Shown here piece by piece: positions 1 to 13,800 of a stretch of 64,000 nucleotides of DNA (the first letter of the stretch is position 1; the number at the start of each line of letters is the position of its first letter). The DNA lies in the NCBI RefSeq assembly GCF_031769215.1, contig NW_026781865.1, positions 186,001 through 250,000 on the forward strand. The letters run 5' to 3'. The position numbers and the translations under genes were made by a program. The DNA comes from Ylistrum balloti (lineage: Eukaryota). Below the pieces are notes generated by a model. The model was not told the DNA's origin. It did no database searches and was given only the letters and a program-made list of their open reading frames with translations.

Positions 1-1721
1 AATCAGAGAGAATATTGTTTAAATGGCCCCTAATATTTTTTAGGAAATCAACATTAAGATCACCTGTAATTATTATATTAGATGTTTCTTCGAAAGCTAT
101 ATCAACAGAGTGACGGAGATGATGCCATAATGTAGCATCATTATGAGAGGGAGGTCTATAAATATTACAATATTATTGTTTAGCATACATGATAAACTAG
201 AGTGAGGCGCGTACATAGTGATAAAATGCCCTTTGTCACTAAGCTGAAAAAAGACGCTACGCGGGATATCCAAGTTCGATTCCTATCTAGATTTTCGGCA
301 GAAGTGTGTTTACCCTATTCTATTATATACCTATCTATCCAATATGCAGTATATAATTACACCGGTACTTCGAAAATTGTACAAAACACACACGTGTAAC
401 TAGCAACTTAAAATAGATTTAGATACAGTAGAGCCTATAATACTGAAGCATGATTAGTTTTCATTACCTCCAAAATCAATGTATTTTCATCTTAGAAACA
501 ATATTTCATTTTTCTGTTATCTAATTCTTCGCAATGAAACAACGCTGACCTGGTTATATTTATCAAAAGTGAAATATTGCGGTTGATAGTTCGAATTTTA
601 TCATTAAGTCTTACTAACGACTGTAATCATTTACCTCGATTACAGTTTTGATTTTAAAAGCTTTATTCCCACCTCCCGAGTTCATTTTTTTTATCATCTA
701 TATCTTGACTTTGTCGTGATTCAAGATAAGAACAAATGAAATGATTGTGTTTGTACACATTATCTAGTGTATATATCATCTACGTTCTCCAGTCTACTTC
801 AATATAGAACGGACTCCTCACGCCCCAGCTTGGCGTCTGACTGACTGTTCTAAACCGAAAATCCTTCAAACTATATTCCCACTGCAGTATTACTAGCTAC
901 CTATAAAAATCATCGCTAACTCACGAGAAATAGTAGGATTTTAATACACGCGATGTTCTACCATGGACTAAGAGACACAAGTCCTTGATTTTAAATGTCC
1001 ACGGATTTTTTTATTTATTTATCTTTTTTTTTTTTTTATTTCACTTTTGCTGCTTTGGGTTTTTTCCAATATTATTAGCATAACAAACCATTTCAGATCT
1101 TTATATAAACAGTATTACCTTCTAAATCTAAAGTATTTAGATATTAGATGGCATAGCTAGATCGTGAAATAGATTATGGAATATATCCATACTTCTTTGT
1201 CAAGTCAATGTCTTAGTTACAACAGAATCCCTCACCTTTCCTGATCTTACCTGTAACATCGATTACTACTAAGGGCATTACACACACAGGTGAGAATTCT
1301 ACCAGACTGAGTTACCTCCCCCGAGAGCCGTTTTACACACGTAGAGGCTCATTCTTACCTTACCTCCGTGTAAACAAAGCGATCGCCGGGCTTTCGGTCG
1401 TAGCTAGCTGTCAGTTACGAGTATGGAGGCTAGCACGTGCCTGCGTTGTCTAATTGTGCTTATGTGTCATCCTCTTTTACCTAAATAACGGAGAATCTAT
1501 CCTAAAATTCCAACATTTTATCAAGAAAAGAAGCATGGATAGGAGGAAATCATGATAAAAGCGCCACACATGTGTGTAACAGGTCCACACTTGTGAATAT
1601 GGAAGGATTATTTGAAACACAACGATGTGGCGATTTGTGTTGTCGTAAAATATGTAATCTTATTAGTATGTAGACCTTGATGTTGTTATTTGTGACAAAT
1701 CTGACATATTTGAGAGGTAAA

Positions 1722-1806
1722 ATGATATTTTGGGCCGTTGCCGTTGCCTTATTGCAGCTGTTACCTGCAGGGATTAATGGGCAGTCGAGCGTGTCGGACT
1801 TAGCTG
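1722..1806 (+). CDS. Exon 1: signal peptide MIFWAVAVALLQLLPAGING|QSSVSDLA
   Basis: ATG at 1722, hydrophobic h-region, small-residue cleavage site, strong phase-1 donor G|GTGAGT at 1807 that matches the phase-1 acceptor at 18941. Too short for the ORF track. Confidence 0.75.
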
Positions 1807-4800
1807 GTGAGTATATATACATTCATCATACGTAAATATACTGTCTTTAAGTGTCCTTGTGTTTCTTTACTACTGTACTTATTTAGTCTTGTGACTTGAT
1901 GATACATTAGAGTAAATATTCAAATATTTATATATAGGGAAATGGTGAAGCTTTTTTAATTACCGGGTCTATTTAAATATACACACAACACTGAGAGAAA
2001 ATTTCTGATTGTATTGAAAGTCGCCGGTTGACACATCACACTTGACTATAATGCCGCTTCATTTATAGTGGTCGGTAAAATAGACACAGCTTTGGAATCT
2101 CTTCTTATTTTTGTCTTGATACGTGATAGTTGATAGTTGTTTCAAATGTAAACTTGTTTACCGCAGTTTTAAATACATAAAGCAAAAACGAATTCACAAT
2201 GTAATTGCCAGTCAAGACGTATTTAATGCAAGGACACAATTTACCAGACGCCTTTGCTAAATATACCATCTACAGAATAAGCGAAAACAATTAAATAACT
2301 GTATCACTTAATATGAGTTTGATGAGCAATTATATGCTGTTTTGATATTTAGTTATACATTTATTGGTTCTCATTGACATACAAACTATTTTTAAAAACA
2401 ATATATCTATCTATCATTCCAGGTACAATGTATTATTATAGTTTCAAAGTCACGCGTATCTAGATCACAAAACGATACTATCTGCATAATATTATGAATT
2501 AGTATAAAGTAAACCAAAGCACTAAAATTAACATAAAAAAATTTAATGAAAAGAGAAATATAAATTCTAATTTAAATTTGATACATATAGAAATGAAAGA
2601 ATTATAGAATTAATAAATCAAAAGAATAAGAATATATATATATGTGTATATATACAACAAAAACAAATAAACAAAACAATAAGGAAATAAAGAAAAATAT
2701 GTATGCGTGTCCATTTGTAGTGTAACACAAATTGTAATATACCGTAGGGTGTGTTCGATTTATATTCCGCAGTCAATACGTTATGCACTTATCATAACTG
2801 TGATATATTTTGTAACACAAAGCCATTGGGAAGCATATGGTGTTCCCACATAAACAACATGTTTCCAAGGCAGTCGCACAAAACATCTTAACACTACAGG
2901 CCTTGTGACGTCATAACGCAATTTTTACAAATCCTTGTTAGATTGACCAGATTCCAAAATACCCCTACATGTCGTTTTTATCATCTTTATCATTGACATC
3001 CTCTCTTCAAAATGAATCAATTAGTAAATAACATAGATATAATGGTTTCATTGATAAATTACATTTTTGTTCGCAATTTTTGATGCATCAAAGAATGTAA
3101 TACAATATTAAGAAAAAATAAAGTATTGTAAGCTGACTAGGCTCGAAAAAACAGTCCAAGTAAATCTACCCCAGTGTATCGTAAAAAGAGAACCTCCAAC
3201 GGAAAATAAGGCGTAAATTATTCATATTCAATCTACATTGGACGTGGTAATGTTGACTACATGATGTGGGCTACCCGACATTTCACAAGAAATGGTTCTC
3301 TGGCGGTCATATACTCCTAATTTCATTACCCATTTGAATTCTTTTGGGACTTGGCTCTACCTCATACTGGTTTTTGAGACAGATATGTTTCTCAATAAGA
3401 CAAACCCAAGGTCAGCAGCCTCTGTAACCGAGTACTTGGTACACTTTTATTGAAAAGGATAACCTTTCTGTAGTAGAAAACTACATGAGGGGATGATAAG
3501 TCTACTCTCCGTCCTCCGCAGTATCCAACCAAATTTTTAACTGACAATTAGTAAAACCTGCTGAGGTGGTGGAGGGTCGCATACTGATATCGCATATATA
3601 GCTATTAACGTTATACAGAGTTATAACCCATTGTTCATCAGTCGTAGGTATCACCAAGGGATATTGTCGCAGACTACATGACATAAATTTGTCGAGTTCT
3701 CGTTTGGAGTTTCATAAATCAAATACGTAAAGAAAGTTGTCGTTCCATACGCTCACTCACAGGTTAGAATAATTGAAACATGTGAGCAGAACGAACGCTT
3801 ACTTTTGGTAGAGAGATCGCTTCAGTGGCTGGATATTGGCGTTAAGTAGCATATGATTTAATAACAAACAGATTACTCTGCAGCTAGACCGGAAGATGGT
3901 ACCTGCTGCCAACATTGGATTCTTGTAAACTTAAGATCTTAATATTTTCTCGCTTTCCCAAATATGTTTTTTGCTTCCTAATGTCTCCTGTGACACTATC
4001 TCACCATTGGTCGTTATTGAAGTGTTCGCCCCTTTGAGAAGGCTTTGGGTTGTGTTCACGTCCGAGACAATCAAAGTCTTTGAAAATGGTAGTCACAACT
4101 CCTTGCTTGACGTTCAGCATTATGGTAGTGTAACAACTAGTTGTCGGTAGTATGTGACCGGGTGGAGTGTCCTGCTAAAGGCGGCATGCTTCAGTGTGGT
4201 AGCACTATCAACCTGAACATATCGCAGCGTTCCAAAGATACACACGTTCATCACATGCACTTACACACACCGGGAGACTGTCCTTAAATGACACAGGATA
4301 TTTATGGAACTTTAAACAGTATAACAAACAAAGTTCCATAAATTTCTAAAAAATAAATAAAACCAGAATCTTAATGAAAATAGATGTTTAATCCTAAATA
4401 AACACTTACATCATAAAGTATTCTTAAAATATAAGACGAGCGATGCATTCACTGGAAGGTATATGATGCCTTCACTGTAAGGTGTAGAATGCCTTCACGG
4501 TAAGGTGTAGGATGCCTTCAGTGTAAGGTATAGGATGCCTTCACTCTAAGGTATAGGATGCCTTCATTGTAAGTTATATGATGCCTTCATTGTAATGTGT
4601 AGGATGCCTTCACTGTAAGGTATAGGATGCCTTCATTGTAAGGTATAGGATGCCTTCATTGTAAGTTATATGATGCCTTCATTGTAAGGTGTAGAATGCC
4701 TTCACTCTAAGGTATAGGATACCTTCACGGTAAGGTGTAGGATGCCTTCAGTGTAAGGTATAGGATGCCTTCACTGTAAGGTATAGGATGCCTTCGTTGT

Positions 4801-7800
4801 AAGGTATAGGATGCCTTCACTGTAAGGTATAGGATGCCTTCACTGTAAGGTATAGGATGCCTTCACTGTAAGGTATAGGATGCCTTCACTCTAAGGTATA
4901 GGATACCTTCACTGTAAGGTATAGGATGCCTTCATTGTAAGGTACAGGATGCCTTCACTGTAAGGTATAGGATGTCTTCACTGTAAGGTATAGGATGCCT
5001 TCATTGTAAGTTATATGATGCCTTCATTGTAAGGTGTAGAATGCCTTCACTCTAAGGTATAGGATACCTTCACTGTAAGGTATAGGATGCCTTCATTGTA
5101 AGGTACAGGATGCCTTCACTGTAAGGTATAGGATGCCTTCATTGTAAGTTATATGATGCCTTCATTGTAAGTTATATGATGCCTTCATTGTAAGTTATAT
5201 GATGCCTTCACTGTAAGGTATAGGATGCCTTCATTGTAAGTTATATGATGCCTTCATTGTAGGTTATATGATGCCTTCATTGTAAGTTATATGATGCCTT
5301 CATTGTAAGTTATATGATGCCTTCACTGTAAGGTATAGGATGCCTTCATTGTAAGTTATATGATGCCTTCATTGTAAGTTATATGATGCCTTCATTGTAA
5401 GTTATATGATGCCTTCACTGTAAGGTATAGGATGCCTTCATTGTAAGTTATATGATGCCTTCATTGTAAGTTATATGATGCCTTCACTGTAAGGTATAGG
5501 ATGCCTTCATTGTAAGTTATATGATGCCTTCATTGTAAGTTATATGATGCCTTCATTGTAAGTTATATGATGCCTTCACTGTAAGGTATAGGATGCCTTC
5601 ATTGTAAGTTATATGATGCCTTCATTGTAAGTTATATGATGCCTTCATTGTAAGTTATATGATGCCTTCACTGTAAGGTATAGGATGCCTTCATTGTAAG
5701 TTATATGATGCCTTCACTGTAAGGTATAGGATGCCTTCATTGTAAGTTATATGATGCCTTCACTGTAAGGTATATGATGCCTTCATTGTAAGTTATATGA
5801 TGCCTTCATTGTAAGTTATATGATGCCTTCACTGTAAGGTATAGGATACCTTCACTGTAAGGTATAGGATGCCTTCATTGTAAGGTATAGGATGCCTTCA
5901 CTCTAAGGTATAGGATGCCTTCATTGTAAGGCCTTCACCTTCACTGTAAGGTGTAGAATGCCTTCACTGTAAGGTATAGGATGCCTTCACTCTAAGGTAT
6001 AGGATGCCTTCATTGTAAGTTATAGGATGCCTTCACTGTAAGGTATAGGATGCCTTCACTCTAAGGTATAGGATACCTTCACTGTAAGGTATAGGATGCC
6101 TTCGTTGTAAGGTATAGGATACCTTCACTGTAAGGTATAGGATGCCTTCATTGTAAGGTATAGGATGCCTTCACTGTAAGGTATAGGATGCCTTCACTGT
6201 AAGGTATAGGATGCCTTCACTGTAATGTATAGAATGCCTTCACTGTAAGGTATAGGATGCCTTCACTTTAAGATATAGGATGCCTTCACTGTAAGGTATA
6301 GGATGCCTTCACTGTAAGGTATAGGACGCCTTCACTGTAAGGTATAGGATGCCTTCACTGTAAGATATAGGATGCCTTCACTGTAAGGTATAGGATGCCT
6401 TCACTGTAAGGTATAGGATGCCTTCACTGTAAGGTATAGGACGCCTTCACTGTAAGGTATAGGATGCCTTCACTGTAAGGTGTAGAATGCCTTCACTGTA
6501 AGGTATAGGATGCCTTCACTGTAAGGTATAGGATGCCTTCATTGTAAGGTATAGGATGCCTTAGGTATAGAGGTATGCCTTCACAGTAAGGTATAGGATG
6601 CCTTCACTGGAAGGTATAGGACGCCTTCACTATAGTATAGGATGCCTTCACTGTAAGGTATAGGATGCCTTCAGTGAAAGGTATAGGATGTCTTCACTGT
6701 AAGGTATAGGATGTCTTCACTGTAAGGTGTAGAATGCCTTCACTGTAAGGTATAGGATGCCTTTGCACGTGTAGGAACTGTAGGTATAGGATGCCTTCAC
6801 TGTAAGGTATAGGATGCCTTCACTGTAAGGTATAGGATACCTTCACTGTAAGGTATAGGATGCCTTCGTTGTAAGGTATAGGATGCCTTCACTCTAAGGT
6901 ATAGGATGCCTTCATTGTAAGTTATAGGATGCCTTCACTGTAAGGTATAGGATGCCTTCACTCTAAGGTATAGGATACCTTCACTGTAAGGTATAGGATG
7001 CCTTCATTGTAAGGTATAGGATGCCTTCACTGTAAGGTATAGGATGCCTTCACTGTAAGGTATAGGATGCCTTCACTCTAAGGTATAGGATACCTTCACT
7101 GTAAGATGCCTTCACTGTAAGGTGTAGAATGCCTTCACTGTAAGGTATAGGATGCCTTCACTGTAAGATATAGGATGCCTTCACTGTAAGGTATAGGATG
7201 CCTTCACTGTAAGGTATAGGACGCCTTCACTGTAAGGTATAGGATGCCTTCACTGTAAGGTGTAGAATGCCTTCACTGTAAGGTATAGTATGCCTTCACT
7301 GTAAGGTATAGGATGCCTTCACTGTAAGGTATAGAATGCCTTCACTGTAAGGTATAGGATGCCTTCGTAAATGCCTTCACTGTAAGGTATAGGATGTCTT
7401 CACTGTAAGGTATAGGATGCCTTCACTGTAAGGTGTAGAATGCCTTCACTGTAAGGTATAGGATGTTTTCACAGTAAGGTATAGGATGCCTTCACTGCAA
7501 CGTGTAGGATGCCTTCACTGTAGTAAAGGATGCCTTCACTGTAAGGTATAGGATGCCTTCACTGTAAGGTGTAGAATGCCTTCACTGTAAGGTATAGGAT
7601 GCCTTCACTGTAAGGTATAGGATGCCTTCATTGTAATGTGTAGGATGCCTTCATTGTAAGGTATAGGATGTTTTCACTGTAGGGTATAGGATGCCTTCAT
7701 TGTAAGGTATAGGATGTTTTCAGTGTAAGGTAAAGGATGTCTTCACTGTAATGTGTAGTATGCCTTCACTGTAAGGTATAGGATGCCTTCATTGTAAGGT

Positions 7801-10800
7801 ATAGGATGTTTTCAGTGTAAGATAAAGGATGTCTTCACTGTAAGGTGTAGAATGCCTTCACTGGAAGGTATAGGACGCCTTCACTATAGTATAGGATGCC
7901 TTCACTGTAAGATATAGGATGCCTTCAGTGAAAGGTATAGGATGCCTTCACTGTAAGGTGTTGGGTGTTTTTAGTGTAATGTTTATACTATTCAATATAA
8001 GTAGTATACTATATCATCAAAATTTATAGGATGTCTTCAGTGTAGGTTGAGAAGAGCTTTCTGTGACTGCAAATATCACGTTAAAGGCATAAAATCTTAT
8101 GGTGTTAATAAGATAATAGATAAGATCGAGAACATGTAAACTAAATCGTATGTAGATACCAGGGACACACCAGAGACATGATAGATCGATTTCTTGTCAA
8201 TTGATCTGTAAAAAAAATGAAAAAATCAATATATATAAAGTGAAATTCTACCGTGTAATATTCTCATTCTTCTGGTCTGTTCGCATTAAAAACTAAAAGA
8301 CATTTCCGTAATACATTATAAATTGTACATGTACAGGTGTCTGAAACTCGTATGATAGACATATGTATCGAAGACTTTCCCAGATGACTAATTAGCACGG
8401 TTTATCTTACCGTACTTTTCATTCTAACTTGACATACCTCGGTGACTCATAAATGTTATCCTAAAATAATCTTGTTAAAGAAATAAAACTGAATATGTCA
8501 AGATGTCTATAAAATTGGGGAATTCTCCTTTCTCTCGTAAAACCTCTATGAATTATATTCTTCATACGACATTAGTGCTTGACCTTCAGGAAATCGCATG
8601 ACAACGACATATCGGCAAATTCTGCGTGTTTAGACGGTATTGGCCGGGTGAAAAAAACGTTAAAATTTATGGGTCAAAGTTCACATAAATGTTGTGAAAA
8701 GAATGAGAAACCTTAACTAGATTATGAGATGCGGGAGATTCGAAGTTGACTAAATTATCGGGCCACACTAGGCTGCATGATGGCCTATGTTTCTCTAGGC
8801 ACGATAAACAGGTACACCTTGCAGTTCTATAAGCCACTTCTTCGTGTACAAAGTTCGGGTGGCGCTTGGGCTTGAACATGAAATCCCCGGGGTCCCGGGT
8901 AAATAATTCATGCATCAGGTAGAACAATGACCTGCCGAGGTAATGACCGGAAGATCAGCCGTGTTGGAGTTTAGAGGGTAAATAATTGATTTTAACGTGT
9001 GGAGATGCGATTTTTACACCGTATAGCCAGATCATTTTTGTGTGATTCGCTAACATCTGTTGCCGAAATAACCCAATCTGTTGCGTCTTCCGACACGTAA
9101 AAATCGATCAGTCGATAAAAAGTTTTGGTATCTAGATGTATTACTGGTGCAAATGTAAGGCACAATGTGTGAAAGTGGTATAGTCGTCGCTGTAAGTCCA
9201 GTTTGCCCCGCCAGATGTTATTTATGTTGATTTTCAGTATAAAGACTCAATTTTTATGTATGTCTGACCAACCCAGTGAGATACCCACTTACTTGAAAAT
9301 AAGACGGGATTCAGCTACAGTCGGGGTCAAATCAGTTGAACATTGTGGTTGATATAATATAATCATTGACTTGGAAATGGAAATAACGGAAATGCTTCGG
9401 AAAACGCAGACAGCCATAGAAATATTCGTGAGCTTAATTACGGTCAACCATCATAAATATTCACCATCTTAAACACAAACAGCCATAGAAATATTCAACT
9501 TAAACACGGTCAACAATAGTAATTTTCAACATAAACATGGTCAGCCATACACTATCGAAATATTCGTCCCATAAATACAGAAACCACGCTGATATTTAGT
9601 CACTTAAAACACATAACCATTGGAAAATCAATTCACTCCAATATATGGAGCCACCGCCGGGAAATTATTGTTGCTCTTAAATTGACAGCAGATAACCATG
9701 AAAATAATAAATTATTTGAACGTATTTAACAATATGTGTTTGCTGGGTTTATCGCTCGATGAACAGCCAGGGTAATTTTGAGGGGGTTATCCTTGTAGAC
9801 GACGGAGTCTACATTAATGAACAACATACAGGAGGCCCTTTGCATGACATCCAGAGGGAAACGGGTAAACGTCACCACTGACCGGTCTGTTTCTCAGGTT
9901 CCTGAGAAACACAAACCACCACGGTAAGGCAGCATCGAATCACTTACCTCGCATCAACATCGCGGAGGACATCGCGTTTTACGAACTGAGCCATCGTTGG
10001 CCAAAAAAAAAAAAAAGAAAGAAACAATCTATAGAATTACATGTATGCAAATCTGTTATTTATCAGCAGGAATTAGGGGTGTTTTTAAATGAGATTATTG
10101 TATGATAGCGCGAAAACTACTGAAATGTCACACAAAATTATATGTAAAAGAAGTAATCTGTGATAAAACCATTCATACGCATACCATTCACTGAAGTCTG
10201 ATAGACTTGAGATCAGGCAAGAAGGTTAACATGATGAGTCGTAAGTTATTCATTGGTAAAAAACGACGTAGCACCCAAATAAAGGAAGATGTTGTGATTA
10301 CCCAGAGATCAAAGTCAGGAGAGTGAAAACTAAAGGTCAAATTGATATAGTGTGCTATAAGTAAGTCAATGGTTTAGGTGTATATATTAATCAATCATTA
10401 CAAGTATTCCAAAGATTTTTAAGACAAGTGATCATAAATAAATTTCTTCTATAAAGCTGTAGTGTTGTGTTGGAATTAGCAATATTTTAGCAATATTAAC
10501 ATTTTCTGAGTTGGTAACCATGGTAATCAAATGTTCGAAATCAGAGGAATTTTTTATTTACACAATATTTATTTTTCTGCTATTAATGTAATTGTTATGT
10601 AGCTTATAGATGTATATACGTGTAATGATGTATTTTCCATAACCAAACTGATTTACCTGTATATCTCAGCATGGTCAATAATTTCAGGAAAAATGCAAAT
10701 TAACAGGCCGATAATGTGATGAGAGTTTTTTCGTTGTTAGAAGAATTTTTAAGGTTTGTTTCGTGGGGGATTTGTCCATATTATTAATGATTACTAACAA

Positions 10801-13800
10801 ATAGAATCATATATAGCCGGACCAAAATGGATAACAGTTCCTCTCAAGTTCCCGTTGTTGATCTAGGACAGGACTTTACAGTAAAATCCACCATTAGCTA
10901 GATTCACTATCGACAGCCAACTCATTTACAAATAGGCTTACGTCCAGTATATATTGTGTAAATACGTGTATTTACTATGTATACTTCATAGCTCGTGAAC
11001 AAATCGTGTTATCACATGTTTGCAACGGAAACGATAAATTTTCACTTTCCATGCGAAGGAAAAGTACGCTGACTTTCAATTTTGTATTTGTCCCACGCCA
11101 CTGTAGGGAAGATTTTAGTTCCATTTACCACACCTGTATTATCGTCATTTTTGTCATCTTGTTACATGCACAAACTATTTTTTATAGAATATCAATGCCC
11201 TGAAAAATACCTCATTGTTCGGTTTGTGTTTCTGAGAAAGCTGAGAAACAGACCAGTCTGTGCTGTCGCGGTTGTGTTCTTTAGCAATCCTACATGCGGT
11301 GGAAAGTATGTCACGGGCCTCCTGTATGTTGTATAGTGGAGTAGCCACCAGCTACTGTAAGGAGACTCCGAATCCAAAATATTATGGCTGTTCATGAGAC
11401 GATAAACAAAACAAATTGCTTGTTATGTGTAAAGATGATGAAATTGGATTGCATGAGATGGGCATTCCGCATACTGTTCAGTGAGGTAACCACCAGCTGC
11501 ATTTTGGTTTATTACTCTCGAAAAAAAGTTCTCAATTTCAGTTCTTAATCTGTAATCGTTTAAAATGAGATTTAGGAATAACATGGATTCTACCTAGAAG
11601 CGACCTACCGAGATACCTGGGCATATTATCAGGTATCCTCGTCGGTCACGTGACAACATTACTGTCGCAACCATCTACTCATCAAAGACAATTTTTAACA
11701 TGGCTATCGAATAAATTTCCGGTCCTCTTTTTATAGTGAAGTCTGAGTGCGTGTTAAATGAAACCTGTGAAAGATAAGTGGTCAAAACAAGGATATTATA
11801 TCCCACTTACCGTGACTACTTTGGAAGCGATACCCTAGGATGGTCTCCCTTGTCCATGGTACTGGCACACTCTTAAATTAGCTGACAAGTTTTACGAATC
11901 CTTTTGTAAAATTTCTCGAAAATTACTTAGAATGATAATTTTAACCTCTATTTCGTTAAACTCACCATTGATAATATTTATGTGAATGCAGAATGGATTA
12001 GTTCTAAAATTCAATATTTTTTACCTTCATTAAGCTGTAAACATTTAGTATAAAATGCCGGTAAAATACCGAGGTGTTGCGAATAGATATAAACAAGACT
12101 GAAGATAATCCTGTAACTATTTGTATGTGTTACATAATTGGGTAGAGTTTCCGCTCAGTAAGGCAAGGGGGTGAGTGCTGGAGGAATTTTGTCCTTTTCT
12201 GATATGGAGTGATGACTGAATTCTGTGAAGACCCAATACAGCTTTATCTGGATGCATTTGCGCATGCAAACATTTGGGGCCGGTGTCTGTCCCAGACGAG
12301 ACGTATAGGGTCGCACAGAGAAACGTGATTTTTGTGTTTAAACAAGCAACATCAGTTTATCAATGAATCACGGATAAATAAACACTACACATGTATGTAA
12401 ACTCCCCCTCATCTGCTCACTTGATACATTTTATATATAATTACCTGTACATAGTCTCAGTTCTACTGGCCACGTTGTATTCATCAATAGACATAATGAG
12501 GGAATTATTGTACTGTACCTTTTGAATTACTTATAGTTAAGAAATCGCTGTTTTGCAATGGCATTTACGACACTTAAAATGACAACGTTTTGCAGACAAA
12601 CAACATTGCCTTAAATATATATATATATATACCCAAGTATGCAAGGGTGGAGGGGTAGGGGATGGGCTTTCCTACGTTAGTCGCCTTTTACAACGGTCAC
12701 CAGGTAACAATAGATTGCAAGGGTGGAGGGGTAGGGGATGGGCTTTCCTACCTTAGTCGCCTTTTACAACGGTCACCAGGTAACAATAGATTTTTTGTCT
12801 TTATCAATTTAGTTTAATTTCAGTTTTCAGTTTCTCTACCTTTCGACTCGCAGAGTGAACGATAAACTCGTTCTGACAATGTTTTATATATTGTTTGTAT
12901 AAAGATATGTAAAGTTTATACCTCAATATACATATGTACAAACAAGCGAACAGAAAAGTCCTATAAATTACAATATTTATGTAAACATGCTCACTTTGTC
13001 AATATCGTTTGTTTACCTGTGGATATATGATTATAAAGACAGTGTCCAAAGATGATGGTGTCGCTCAAAACTCAATGTTACATTTCACTGAGTACCGTAA
13101 CATATACCCTATTGTTCAAATACCCGGCTAGGTAAGATAGACCGCTCTACACGAAATAGGTTAGAGTAAAATAGGTAATATTTCACAGCAGGTAAAAGTT
13201 GTACTGTGTACCTCACACCGTCATAATCCGATATCTACATTATATGATAACATCTATATCTGTATTTGTATCTACATTTTAATTTCTCGACAAAAACATT
13301 TAATAAAAGGTTATCTATACACGAATCTTCTGACCAATAGTACATTATTTAAAAGTTGTAAATACCTTTACATGGTTTTCTAAATAATTATCAGTTATTG
13401 CCAAATCAAAACGCTCCAATAACAAATCTTACAGGAGGAACTTACAGTAAATTGATTTAATATTTAAACATCATCGATCGCATCGTTATTTCTGTAAGTT
13501 TAACCAACATATTTTATTTGACTCGGCTATATCAGTGATCTTTGTAATTGACGTCTGTTTATCATGAACACCATTTGTTAAAGGGTAGTAACGTTATTTA
13601 CAAAGTGTTCAGACTTGTCACTTGTTTTATATTCTAATATGGCTTATTTTTAGCGCCTTACAAGTCAAAGTGGCTAAACATATCCTACATAAGTGTGTTT
13701 TATTAAGTAAATTAATATAGAATATATAATATGTGTGACACTCAAATATTTCACTGTATATTACTTGTTATTTAGTGACATTTTAAATCTACTTCTCACC

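Noticed and set aside
3150-3720. GC-richer stretch with ORF 3502-3684, possibly an old retroelement fragment
   Set aside because: No recognisable motif could be recovered in any frame.
4440-7962. CRISPR-like appearance of the regular arrays (also 14897-15570 and 40759-42672)
   Set aside because: They are head-to-tail monomers with no unique spacers, there are no cas genes, and the context is eukaryotic.
11595-11645. Hairpin GATACCTG-N10-CAGGTATC and nearby ORFs 11006-11395
   Set aside because: An isolated short stem, probably MITE debris; the ORFs have no coding features or splice support.
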